Positions 12,272 through 25,899 are shown, counted from the stretch's first letter. The stretch is DNA of 40,616 bases from Octopus sinensis (GCF_006345805.1 NW_021835494.1:1-40616); one strand, 5' to 3'. Numbers and translations are program-made. The notes: generated from the sequence alone by a model not told the origin.

Positions 12272-12690
12272 GGCGCAGGATTGGCTGTGTGGTAAGTAGC
12301 TTGCTAACCAACCACATGGTTGCGTGTTCAGTCCCACTGCGTGGCATCTTGGGCAAGTGTTTTCTGCTATAGCCCCGGGCCGACCAATGCCTTGTGAGTG
12401 GATTTGGTAGACGGAAACTGAAAGAAGCCTGTCGTATATATGTATATATATCTATATATATGTGTGTGTGTGTGTGTTTGTGTGTCTATTTTTCCCCCTA
12501 GCATTGCTTGACAACCGATTCTGGTGTGTTTACGTCCCCGTCACTTAGCGGTTCGGCAAAAGAGACTGATAGAATAAGTACTGGGCTTACAAAGAATAAG
12601 TCCCGGGGTCGACTTGATCTACTAAAGGCGGTGCTCCAACATGGCCGCAGTCAAATGACTGAAACAAGTAAAAGAGTAAAAGAGTAAGAA
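12272..12690 (+). mobile_element. SINE family A, full length
   Basis: ggcgcaggattggctgtgtggtaagtagc...cttgggcaagtg...ggccgcagtcaaatgactgaaacaagtaaaagag. Confidence 0.9.
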
Positions 12691-12982
12691 TATTAAATTG
12701 CCTTGACCTTATTATCTTATTGTATTGCTTTAGTTTAATTTTTATGATTGAATACTGTTGTACTTAGAATGTGTTTTGAAAGTTGTGTGGGGGCTTTGTT
12801 CCTAAACAGCACTTCTTTTAGTCCTGTTGACACCATCGGATCGAATGGTGCTGCCCAGGTTTTGAAACCATAATGATATCCGTGGGGCAGCTGATGATGG
12901 AGATATGCTGGATTGTTGGTATGGCTGTTTTTGTATATATGGAATAGTGTTATAAAACATCTTATACACACACACACACACA

Positions 12983-13041
<59 letters not shown>

Positions 13042-13173
13042 TTAAGTAAGTGAATGAATTATCCTAGTATGGATAATTCGGTTAATCGATACCTAGGTAG
13101 CAAATTCACGTCAGAAAACACGGTTGAAGCTACATTTCCTGTGTGGAAATTTGTGTGTTTTTTTTTATATATG

Positions 13174-13266
13174 AATAAACGAAAAGAATGGAGTCGAACG
13201 AAGATTTTAGCAAAATTCCTTTACTTTTGTTAAAATCTTCGTTCGTCTCCATTCTTTTCGTTTATT
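13174..13266. repeat. Fold-back inverted repeat, 42-bp arms (40/42 complementary), 9-nt loop
   Basis: aataaacgaaaagaatggagtcgaacgaagattttagcaaaa (13174-13215) versus ttttgttaaaatcttcgttcgtctccattcttttcgtttatt (13225-13266). Confidence 0.95.
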
Positions 13267-13552
13267 TATATATATATATAACAAAACTGGGAGGAAGGGA
13301 AGTGGGACGAAACGACGAATCGAATCGACCCTGCAGCGAATGCGCTGTCAGACAATATATATATATATATATATATATATACGTTTATATACCACGTCAT
13401 TAGCGATATGTGTATCTCTGCGTTTAGATAGGTGGGATTATATCTAATGTGTGTAGGGTGCATTTATTTGCGTGCAGACGTAGTTAAAGTGAGAGAGACA
13501 GACAGACAGACAGCCAGACGCCTTCCCAACTCACTTATAAGCACACTAAACC

Positions 13553-13752
13553 GTGGTTTCAAAGTATGGTACAGGGGCTGCAGTTTAGGACGTGGGACTG
13601 AGTCGATTACATTGAACCCACTGTTCAAATTGTACTTATTTTATCGACCACAAAATGATGAAAAGTAAACTCGACTTCGGTGGAAGTTGAACTCAGAACG
13701 TGAAGGAAGAAACGTCGCTAAACATTTTGCCTGGCTTTCTAACGATTCTGCC
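13553..13752 (-). mobile_element. SINE family C, degenerate
   Basis: gagtcgattacattga...tacttattttatcgacc...gttgaactcagaacg...ctaacgattctgcca. Confidence 0.75.
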
Positions 13753-13929
13753 AAGAACACTCAAAGTTATTTGTTACTTTTATCGATATATAATTTGCAA
13801 AATATGTCGATTTTTGCATCAATAGAGATCGAAAACAGGTGGTTTGTAGCACATAATGAAAATCTACGTCACCTATACAACAAACGCACACACACACACA
13901 CAAGCATACAGACATACATACACGTTCAA

Positions 13930-13968
<39 letters not shown>

Positions 13969-14149
13969 CACATCCTCATCGTCAAGAGGAAAAAGTAGAT
14001 GAATAAAACTATGAATAAAAATTACTCTCAGGATTAAATGGAAAAAACTCATTCGCTTATTCTCTACCCGTGAGGGTTTATGTATGTGTATCTATGTGTG
14101 AGTGTGTGTGGGTGTGTGTGTGTGTGGTATCTATGTGTGTGTAAGTGCA

Positions 14150-14580
14150 TGTGTGTACGTGTCTGCGTGTGCGTATGCATATCTATATATGTATGCTTGT
14201 GTGTATTGTATGTATCTATATTTACGTGTGTGTCGTGTGTGTATCTGGGTGTGAGTGTCTCTACATGAGTGTGTGTGTATGTATATAAATATATGTATGT
14301 GCGTATGATTGTATGTATGTGTATATATATATATACACACACACATATAAATATATATATATATATATGAGTCTGTGTGCACGTGTGTATGTGCGTATAT
14401 GTATATCTATCAATATATATATATATGTATGCTTGTGTGTATGTATGCATCTATATATATTTACGTGTCTGTCCGTGTTTGTATCAGAGTGTGAGTGTCT
14501 CTACATGAGTGTGTGTGTATGCATATAAATATATGTATGTGCGTGTGATTCTGTGTATGTATGAATCTATATATATGTGT
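14150..14580. repeat. Diverged tandem duplication of a TG/TA-rich unit, period about 240 bp
   Basis: gtgagtgtctctacatgagtgtgtgtgtatg at about 14251 and 14491, with collinear flanks. Confidence 0.8.
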
Positions 14581-14623
14581 GTGTGTGTGTGTGCGTATTT
14601 ATATATATATATATATATATATA

Positions 14624-15201
14624 TCTACGTGTGCGTATATATATGTGTGTGTGTGTGTGCGTGAGTGTATGCGTGTGTGAAGTAACGCTCCGTATGTGAA
14701 TTCACTTCTCTGTGGCTTCATCTCACAATAATCTTCGAAGCAAACGTTGATGTTGTTTTGATTTTGCCATAATTCTTTTTGGCTTTTATTTTGGCGCCAA
14801 TTCAACGGACGAAGATACGGCTGGTTCTATAGAATCTGATTGCAAGAACTATAATTGTATGCAAAGAACCAAACAATTTCGTATTGTTCCACATCTCCTA
14901 TGCGTAATCGGTTCTATTAAGAAAACTAGAAGTAGAATTACCATATTGGTTTTTATGTTACTTTTTACCTTCTGCTTGCTTCAGTCATTAGACTGCGGCC
15001 ATGCTGGGGCATCAACATGAGGAATTTTTAATCGAATGAATCGACCCCAGAACTTATTTTCTTTTAAAGCCTGGCACTTGTTATATCGGTCTTTTTAGCT
15101 GAACCGTTAAGTTACATGCACGTTAACACTTTAACACATGTTGTCAAGTGGTGGTGGGGACAAATACATACGCACGCGCGCACACATACACACACACACA
15201 T

Positions 15202-15241
<40 letters not shown>

Positions 15242-15820
15242 CTACGTGTGCGTATATATATGTGTGTGTGTGTGTGTGCGTGAGTGTATGCGTGTGTGAA
15301 GTAACGCTCCGTATGGTGAATTCACTTCTCTGTGGCTTCATCTCACAATAATCTTCGAAGCAAACGTTGATGTTGTTTTGATTTTGCCATAATTCTTTTT
15401 GGCTTTTATTTTGGCGCCAATTCAACGGACGAAGATACGGCTGGTTCTATAGAATCTGATTGCAAGAACTATAATTGTATGCAAAGAACCAACAATTTCG
15501 TATTGTTCCACATCTCCTATGCGTAATCGGTTCTATTAAGAAAACTAGAAGTAGAATTACCATATTGGTTTTTATGTTACTTTTTACCTTCTGCTTGCTT
15601 CAGTCATTAGACTGCGGCCATGCTGGGGCATCAACATGAGGAATTTTTAATCGAATGAATCGACCCCAGAACTTATTTTCTTTTAAAGCCTGGCACTTGT
15701 TATATCGGTCTTTTTAGCTGAACCGTTAAGTTACATGCACGTTAACACTTTAACACATGTTGTCAAGTGGTGGTGGGGACAAATACATACGCACGCGCGC
15801 ACACATACACACACACACAT

Positions 15821-15852
<32 letters not shown>
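14624..15852. repeat. Near-identical tandem duplication, period 617 bp; each unit contains a family A 3' half on the minus strand
   Basis: Units start with tctacgtgtgcg at 14624 and 15241. By eye the only differences are single-base indels and microsatellite length. Confidence 0.95.
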
Positions 15853-16230
15853 GCAGGAGTTGGCGTGTGGTAAATAGCTTGCTTCCCAACTACATGGTTC
15901 CAGGTTCAGTCTCATTGCGTAGCAGCTTGGGCAAGTGTCTTCTACTATAGCCCCGGGCCGACCAAAGCCTTGTGTGTGGATTTGGTGGACGGAAACTGAA
16001 AGAAGCCCCTTGTGTATATTTATATATGTGTGTTTGTGTGTCTGTGTTAGCCCCCCACACCACCCACCAAATTCACTTGGCAACCGATGCTGGTGTGTTT
16101 ACGTCCTCGTAAGCTAGCGATTCGGCAAAAGAGGCCGATAGAATAAGTCCTAGGCTTACAAAGAATAAGTCCTAGATTAAAAGGCGGTGCTCCAGCTTGG
16201 CCTCACTCAAATGACTAAAAGTAATAAAAA
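15853..16230 (+). mobile_element. SINE family A
   Basis: gcaggagttggcgtgtggtaaatagc...cttgggcaagtgtcttct...aaggcggtgctccagc. Confidence 0.85.
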
Positions 16231-16239
16231 AATATAAGA

Positions 16240-16384
16240 GGGTTTCTTTCAATTTCCGTCTACCAAATCCACTCAAATGGCCTTTGTCGCCCAATGACTT
16301 TCCCCAAGATGCCTCTCAGTCGGATTGAACGCAGAAGCCTGTGGATGAGAAGCTAACTTCTTACCACACAGCCATATTTGCGCC
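16240..16384 (-). mobile_element. SINE family A, 5' half
   Basis: tttccgtctaccaaatccactca...cttaccacacagccatatttgcgcc is the reverse complement of the family A head. Confidence 0.8.
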
Positions 16385-16411
16385 AATTTAAATAATAAAC
16401 CTTCATTTCCC

Positions 16412-16772
16412 ACCTTAGCGAAGAGAGAGATATCGTTTTCAGTCATGTTTGTTTGTTATTGGACAAGATATCTCAAGAACCGCTGGATGGATTTAGATGA
16501 AACTTTCAGGAATGTTTGGCCTCATAACTGGCATGAACTGATAAGACTTTGGGATCGATCCAGTACTGGACAATGATTCTAGATTATTTTCCCTGTTTTT
16601 TTTTAACTTAATTTTTGAGAGCGGTCGGGTTCATTTCTAGTAGTCTTGTTTGTGGGAGCAATTGAGCTTATTTCAGATATTCTCATTTTAAAAATCTTCT
16701 CTGGCTTCTTTCCTTGAGAAGACGTTGGTGTTGCCTTGGCAGAGGTTTGCGCTCTCTGATTGCTCTTGTTTT
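16412..16772 (+). mobile_element. Putative non-autonomous Helentron (HINE/DINE-1-like) element
   Basis: Degenerate subterminal inverted repeats accttagcgaaga (16412-16424) and ccttggcagaggt (16734-16746), 9/13 complementary; body ggatttagatgaaacttt; end tttgcgctctctgattgctcttgtt. Layout recalled from HINE-type elements. Confidence 0.5.
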
Positions 16773-16913
16773 ATTTTTGTTTCTATATTTTATTTGTTTT
16801 ATTGTATTTGTTGTTTGGGTCAATAATTACAAAAAATGAAAGGGAAAGAGAAATCTGCTTATTTTCTTATTTCGTTCTGTAAGAGAAAGATTTTTACTAA
16901 CGTTTCACGCAAT

Positions 16914-17133
16914 AATGATTTCAAATTTTGACACAATGCCAGCAGGTTTTGAAGGGCAGCGAGAAGTCGATTACATGGGCCCCAGTACATGACTGCTACT
17001 TATTTTATCGACACCAAATGAATGGAAATCAATGTTGACTTCGGCGGAATTTGAACCAAGGACGGGAAGACAGAGAAAATGCTTCTAAGTATTTTGACCG
17101 CTCTGCTAACGATTCCGCCAATACGCCGCCTTA
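16914..17133 (-). mobile_element. SINE family C
   Basis: tttcaaattttgacacaatgccagc...gtcgattacat...cggcggaatttgaacc...ctaacgattccgccaatacgccgcctta. Confidence 0.8.
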
Positions 17134-17241
17134 AACAGCAACAAATATTGGTTTCAAATTTTGGCACAAGGCCGGCAATTTTGGGAGAGAAGATACGCTA
17201 TATGCCCAGAGGCATATAGCGTAGTGGTTTGAAACCCTGGA

Positions 17242-17340
17242 GTGATGAAGGCTGAAGGGTATATCAGCCGAAACGTTGTGTTAACAACAAACAAGTTGAG
17301 GACAAATATCCGTCAAATGTAAATAATGTAAATAATGTAT
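17242..17340 (+). ncRNA. 5'-truncated hammerhead-like motif in a Penelope-like terminal fragment
   Basis: gUGAUGA-A-GGCUGA-agggUAUA-UCAGCC-GAAAC-GUU, with a perfect 6-bp helix II. C3 is replaced by G and the 5' strand of helix I is absent. Confidence 0.6.
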
Positions 17341-18025
17341 AAACTGAACATATCCATCTACAAAGAAGCAGTAATTTGACGCTTCAGGAGATTCCATGCT
17401 TGCAACTAAAGTCCGTATCTGATGTCTGTTATTGAGACAAGTCTTAGCAAATAAGCAAAAACGATTTGGAGTATTTTTGCTAAAGAAGGCGTTTTATTTC
17501 GCTCATGCTAAACAAGTAATGCATATATGCTTTCTCTAAGTGTTCAGTTCCACTCCTTGGTCTCAGATCAGAAATTAGTCAGTAGACCATAATCAATTGC
17601 GACTAACGGAAGGAAGTCAAGCTTTATATTTATTTATCTATTTATTTATTAATTTATTTATATATTTTGTCAACCAATGTTTTATTAACTATTCTTAGTT
17701 CCTTCGCAATTCGACTTAGCGCATATATATATATGCAAGTGCTTCAAAATTTGTTTGTGCGTGTGCGTGTGTGTTTGTGTGTTTCTGTTTGCATGTAAGT
17801 CTATATCTGTGTGTGTGTGTGTGTGTGTGTGTGTTTGTGTGATCTTGGTAGAAAAAATGTGGAGAATGAACCAAGAGACCGACAGACATGAGACGACTGG
17901 GCGCAGCTGTTGCGATGATGACGTTTTGGTACTGGTGATTTGATTAGACATTTACCCTGTTTCAGCGTTAGCAATTTTTCGCCAAAGGGGAGAACACACA
18001 TACACACATACTCACACACACACAG

Positions 18026-18063
<38 letters not shown>

Positions 18064-18671
18064 ACATAAATATATATATATGCACACACATTCATTTGGG
18101 CGCACGTACGGAACAATATACACGCATAGCAATAGAAAAGGTGAGAGAGAAAGACATTAATATTTGTAACTTGCACTTTCCCTCTCTTTATATTTATAAA
18201 GAAAAATGTGTTCACGCACATCAACAGGGAGAAAGAGAGAGACAGAGACAGAGACAGAGAAAGAGAGACAGAGAGACAGACAGAGACAAACAGAAAGAGA
18301 GAGAAGAGAGAGGGGAAAGAGGGGAGTGAAAGATAGAAGCATTAAAACGTCCGATGTCAAATAAGGCATCATCGAATCTGCGGCGCCACATAAGTGATGC
18401 CAAAGCAGCGGTGTTACCATTTGAACTAGAATATTGCGAAGTTGATAGAAACATCATTATTATAATGATAAGTCGTCGGTTGGTGTTGGTTTGTTTGCTT
18501 CTCCGTATAGTATGGTGGGGTGGCAGGAGAGACAGTATAAATACTAGACTTTGAAACGTCGTTTTGTTCGACCAAGCCCTGCAAGGCGATGCACCAATAT
18601 GGCCGCAGTCCAATAGCTGGGAGAAGTAAATCATAAACTTCGTTATCATTATCGTCGTTGCCGTCGCCGTC

Positions 18672-18947
18672 ATAATAATAATAATGATAATAATAATAAT
18701 GATAATAATAATAATAATAATAATAATAATAGTAATAGTAATAATAATAATAATGATAATAATAATGATAATAATAATAATAATAATAATAGTAATAGTA
18801 ATAGTAATAATAATAATAATAATAATAATGATGATAATATTAATAATAATAATAATATTAATAATGATAATAATAATGATAATAATAATAATAATAATAG
18901 TAATAATAATAATAATAATGATAATAATAATAATAATGATAATAATG

Positions 18948-19008
<61 letters not shown>

Positions 19009-19049
19009 TAATAATGATAATAATAATAATAATAATGATAATAATGATG

Positions 19050-19086
<37 letters not shown>

Positions 19087-19094
19087 TAATAATG

Positions 19095-19150
<56 letters not shown>
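18672..19150. repeat. (ATA)n microsatellite, about 480 bp, probably the expanded tail of a family C SINE fragment at 19151-19215 (minus strand)
   Basis: Visible repeat; the adjacent cctttctgctaaagacacaatacctggaag is similar to the reverse complement of the family C tail. Confidence 0.9.
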
Positions 19151-19300
19151 CCTTTCTGCTAAAGACACAATACCTGGAAGTTGTGAGGGAGTGACTAGTG
19201 GTTTATATCAACCAAAGGGTTAACCATTCTACTATCTCACCGCCTTCATCATCATCAGAAGAAGAAGAAGAAGAAGAAGAAGAAGCAGAAAAAGAATATA

Positions 19301-19376
19301 GTTCCGGGCCTACCGAAGCCTTGTGAGTCGATTTGGTAGACAGAAACTAAAAGTAATCCATCGTATACATATATAC

Positions 19377-19456
<80 letters not shown>

Positions 19457-19615
19457 GTGTGCGTGTGTGTGTGTGTGTGTGTTGTGTAGCATCTAAACCG
19501 ATAGAAGAAGTACTAGTATTAAGAAATAAGTCGATTTGTTCGACTAAAACATTTCAGGGTGGTCCCCCAGCATGGCCGTAGTGAAACGACCGAAACAAGC
19601 AAAAGAATAAAAGAA
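19301..19615 (+). mobile_element. SINE family A, 5'-truncated and internally deleted
   Basis: gccttgtgagtcgatttggtagacagaaact...(TG)n...gtcgatttgttcgactaaa...cagcatggccgtagt. Confidence 0.75.
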
Positions 19616-20074
19616 CGAAAGCATAAAAGAATGAACGAATAAAAGAATAATGATCCTTTCTTTCATAGCCACAAGAGCTAATAATCATCGCCGTCATCGT
19701 TGTCATTGTCGTCATCATCACAAATATTGCTGATGTCGCAAAGAACATCCGCGTTCTTTTTGGATTCTTTAAATTCGTGAACCAAAATTGAAAGCCTCCA
19801 TTCTAATGAGTATTCGATCAGCTAGAAAGAGCAACCAATTACGCCTTATATCATACGTTCTCGTTTGAAAATGATGAAGGGGCACATTGGATATTGTAGT
19901 CCAAGAGATAAATGTACCTGAAAAGCAGTGTTGAAGGTGGTGATCTAGCGTGTTTTGGTTTTTGATTTTGTGCCTGTAGGTTCAAAGTTGACCTGGGGTT
20001 AAACACGAAGGGTAATAGCAAAAATGCAGGATAGATGTAAATGATTCAGTGTTTTATACTCGGAGTTGTGAGCA

Positions 20075-20330
20075 GGGGAAGAGGGAGGAGAAGGGAGAGA
20101 TTGGGAAGGAGAGAGGTGCAGGAAAGGGGAGAGATATTGGGAGGGAGGGAGAGATGGAAGAAAAATGAGAGAGAATGGGAGGGAGACAGAGAGGAAAGGT
20201 GAGCAATAATAATAGTAGGGAGAGAGAGGAGAGAGAGAGACAATGGATGGGAGAAAGGGAAGGAGAGCCAAAAGGAGGGAGAGACAATGGGAGAGAGAAA
20301 AGGAGAGATCGAGGAGGGAGATGAGGGAGA
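20075..20330. repeat. Purine-rich (GGA/GA) low-complexity tract
   Basis: Almost exclusively G/A on the + strand. Confidence 0.85.
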
Positions 20331-20469
20331 AAACTCCGTTTGAAAATCCAAGGCTTCCATGCAAATCGATCGAACCGACCGTGTGAATAGATGGACGAAA
20401 GACAAATAGAATAGAATCTCTTAGTAGAAAAGACTTACACGCTCTCTCTTCCTCACTCTCTCTATCTCC

Positions 20470-20502
<33 letters not shown>

Positions 20503-20595
20503 CATATATATACATATACACTCACACATCAGTCAGTCTGCTCAGACATATCTCTTTCTCTTTCTCCCTCTCTCTCTCTCTCTGTATATATATAT

Positions 20596-20620
20596 ACAGA
20601 CGGACTGATGTATGTGTGTG

Positions 20621-20691
<71 letters not shown>

Positions 20692-20708
20692 TACATCAGT
20701 CCGTCTGT
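20596..20708. repeat. Perfect 25-bp inverted repeat around a 63-nt (TA)n tract
   Basis: acagacggactgatgtatgtgtgtg (20596-20620) versus cacacacatacatcagtccgtctgt (20684-20708). Confidence 0.95.
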
Positions 20709-20760
20709 TTGGCTGCTCAGGCATCTCTTTCTCCCTCTTTCTTTCTTCCCCCCTCTCCTC

Positions 20761-20791
<31 letters not shown>

Positions 20792-20879
20792 CCCATGGCA
20801 TATCTATCAGTGGAAGATACATAACAAGCAAAAGGAAATTACAATAAATTAGAATGAAACGATCACTGACATTATTAAA

Positions 20880-23240
<2,361 letters not shown>

Positions 23241-23349
23241 GTTGTTGTGCAGTTGTGATGCAACAGTTTGATTAGCAGAAATAATGCAGCCTGAACAATT
23301 TGCATGAATCTTTTTTCCGAAATCAAAATTAAAACAAACCGTCATCTCT

Positions 23350-23560
23350 GTATCTTTTACACGTTTTAACCATTTAGACTACGGCCAAGCTGGGACACAA
23401 CCACCAAGGGTTTTAGGCGAAAAACTCAACACCTAGACCCTGCATTTTTTTTTTTAGATCTAGAATTCTATCGATTTGTATAATGTAGAACCGGTTGTTT
23501 ACAGGAAGGTATACAAACCAACACCAGATATCTAACGGTGTTGGGGGACAAAGACAGCCG
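23350..23560 (-). mobile_element. SINE family A, 3' half, degenerate
   Basis: catttagactacggccaagctgggacac...aaaccaacaccag...gggggacaaagacag. Confidence 0.6.
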
Positions 23561-23628
23561 CTTCCGCACACATGCACGCACGCGCACACGCACACACACA
23601 CATGTATGCATACAATATGTTTATAAAC

Positions 23629-23738
23629 GCAGGCGTGGCTGTGTGGTAAGAAGTTTGATTCCCAATCACACGGTTCCGGGTTCAGTCCCAATGCGTGGCA
23701 CCTTGGGCAAATGTCTTCTACTAAAGCCTCGCGTCGAC
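23629..23738 (+). mobile_element. SINE family A, 5' half, followed by (TTC)n
   Basis: gcaggcgtggctgtgtggtaagaag...gggttcagtccc...ggcaccttgggcaaatgtcttctact. Confidence 0.85.
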
Positions 23739-23914
23739 TTCTTCTTCTCTTCTTCTTCTTCTTCTTCTTCTTCTTCTTCTTCTTCTTCTTCTCTTCTTCT
23801 TCTTCTTCTTCTTCTTTTTCTTCTTCTCCCTTCCTCAATCTCAATATATATATGTGTGTGTGTGCGTGTTGTTGTATTTGGGATAGTCATGTTGCCAGTT
23901 TAGCCAATGAAGAC

Positions 23915-24907
23915 ACGCATTCCTTCCTCTCTTTCGTCCAATCTTTCCATCCAGCCCTCAACTTCATTTCCACTATCTTCAACACCTCTGTCTCCTTCCT
24001 CGACATTTCGGTTAGCATTCTTCACTCCACTCTTACCACCTCCATTCACTACAAACACACAGACTCACACTCATATCTCAACTTCTCTTCCTCCCACCCA
24101 GAACACACCAAGCTTTCCATCCCCTATTCCCAATTCCTCCGTCTACGTAGGCTCTGTAGTGACGACCATGACTTTGAGACTCAGTCTCAACGTATGGCTC
24201 ACCACTTCACCCTACGTGGATACCCCCTCACCACTACCCACCCCGCCCTTGCCAGAGCACGGTCCGTGGACCGTGTATCTGCTCTCTCTCCCCGAACCCG
24301 CCCTGTAGTCTCCCGCCTCCCTTTTCCCCTCACTTACCACCCCACGACCCTACGTCTCCAACGCACCATTCTTCGAGCTTTCCGTCATCTCCAGTCCGAC
24401 CCGTCCACTTCACACCTCTTCCCTAACCGACCCCTCCCCTCTTTCAAACGAGCCCACAACCTTCCAGACCTTTTGGTCCATAGCTCCTTCCCTAACCCTA
24501 CCTCCCAACCCGGCTCGTTCCCCTGCTCCCGCCCACGTTGCCGCACTTGCCCTTACCTCTCCAACACCACCCGCCTCACTAGCACCCACCATCGACCCTA
24601 TCCCATCATCCACTCCTTCACCTGCACCTCCAGCAATATTATCTATTGCATCTCTTGCTCTCTCTGCAATTCCTTGTACATCGGACAAACGGGACGCCGC
24701 TTGGCTGACCGGCTCGCGGAACACCTTCGTGACATCCACCTTGCGAACGACACACCGGTCTCACGCCATTTCCGCTCCACCGGTCACTCCTTGCAACACC
24801 TATCTGTGTTCGGTTTGTCCTTACACAGAGGCCATCCGGATTCCCGTTTGCGCCGTGAACAGGAATTAATCTTCTCTCTTCGCTTTTATACGCCATTTGG
24901 TCTCAAC
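23915..24907 (+). pseudogene. Penelope-like RT C-terminus plus GIY-YIG endonuclease; 331 open codons, lacking the RT catalytic core
   Basis: Part of ORF 23711..25267, reading HSFLSFVQSFHP...FTCTSSNIIYCISCSLCNSLYIGQTGRRLADRLAEH...RREQELIFSL...GLN. No YxDD motif is present; the upstream part of the ORF is SINE and microsatellite sequence. Confidence 0.9.
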
Positions 24908-25261
24908 TCTCCCCCCTCCTCATCTAACCCCCCTCTCCCCCTCCTCACCTATCCTTTCTCCCCCCGACCCCTACTTCTTCAGTCCTTCATCCTTTCACCC
25001 CTACTCCCCTTCCCTTCTTCCCTCTTTCTCCCTCCCTCTTCCCCTTCCCTCTGCTCCCTCACTCCCTCTCTCCCCTTCTCTCTCCCCCTCTCCCTCTTTC
25101 CTCCTTCATCCCCCTCCTCCCCTTCCTTCTCCCCCATCCTCTCCTCTCCCCCTTCTCCTCCCCCTCTTCTTCCCCTCCCCTTCTCCCCCCTCTTCTCCCC
25201 CTCCCCTCTTCTCCTCACTACACCACATGACTTTACACATCACATCACATATGATGTGCCA

Positions 25262-25590
25262 TACTAATACACACACCAACTAATACATACTAATACGTAC
25301 TAATACATACTAGTACATACTAATACTTACACCAACCCTATACATACACACGTCCAGACCCCGCATACGCACTTATACTCTCTCACACCACACACACACA
25401 CACCTATACATACCAATACGTACTAATACATACTAATACATACTAATACATACACCAACCCCATACATACGCACGTCCAGACCAATCCTACGCACTAATA
25501 CTCTCTCATACACACACACACACACACCCCTTATACATACTAATACATACACCAACCCTATACATACACACATCCAGACCCCTCCCACGC
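25262..25590 (+). repeat. Two to three diverged subrepeats inside the PLE 3' region
   Basis: actaatacatac...accaacc(c/t)tatacatac...ccagacc recurs three times (ccagacc at about 25335, 25477 and 25574). Confidence 0.8.
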
Positions 25591-25765
25591 ACTTTTAGCT
25601 GGTCCCTCAACCCTTTTATCAACCCTATTATCTCCCCTTATTTCGCTCTCGCGTCTCATGTTTGATCTTTGACCTCTGGCCGAAATCAGATCGCCATGTT
25701 GATTCGTTAGCTACTGCACGCATTTTTTTTCTTTCCTTCTTTCTGTGTTTTTCTCTCTCTGTGTA

Positions 25766-25803
25766 TCTTTCTGTTGAAGAGCGTAGGCTCGAAACGTTAA
25801 AGA
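25766..25803 (+). ncRNA. Minimal type I hammerhead-like motif with variant core
   Basis: UCUUU-CUGUUGA-A-GAGC-GUAG-GCUC-GAAAC-GUU-AAAGA. Helix I (5 bp) and helix II (4 bp) pair, helix III is the palindrome AACGUU, and the core has U at the normally invariant A6. Confidence 0.65.
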
Positions 25804-25899
25804 CTTGTTTTATTTATTTTCCTGAGCGCCATACTAATACAATTGTTCGTTTGTTTTCCACCTGCCTTCGTCTTTTGTTTATTTTCATAAAGCTTCCCG

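Noticed and set aside
13285-13330. ctgggag...gggacgaaac as a hammerhead
   Set aside because: The core does not match CUGANGA and no helix I, II or III pairing could be drawn.
19960-20020. Possible micro-exon (tttgattttgtgcctgtag acceptor, gtaata donor); similar case at 12007-12032
   Set aside because: Splice-like motifs are expected by chance in 40 kb of AT-rich DNA, and there are no neighbouring exons or recognisable peptide.
23711-25267. The 518-aa ORF as an intact gene
   Set aside because: The first 68 or so codons come from a SINE head, (TTC)n and TG repeats, the last 120 from a pyrimidine tract, and the RT active site is missing. Only 23915-24907 is PLE-derived.
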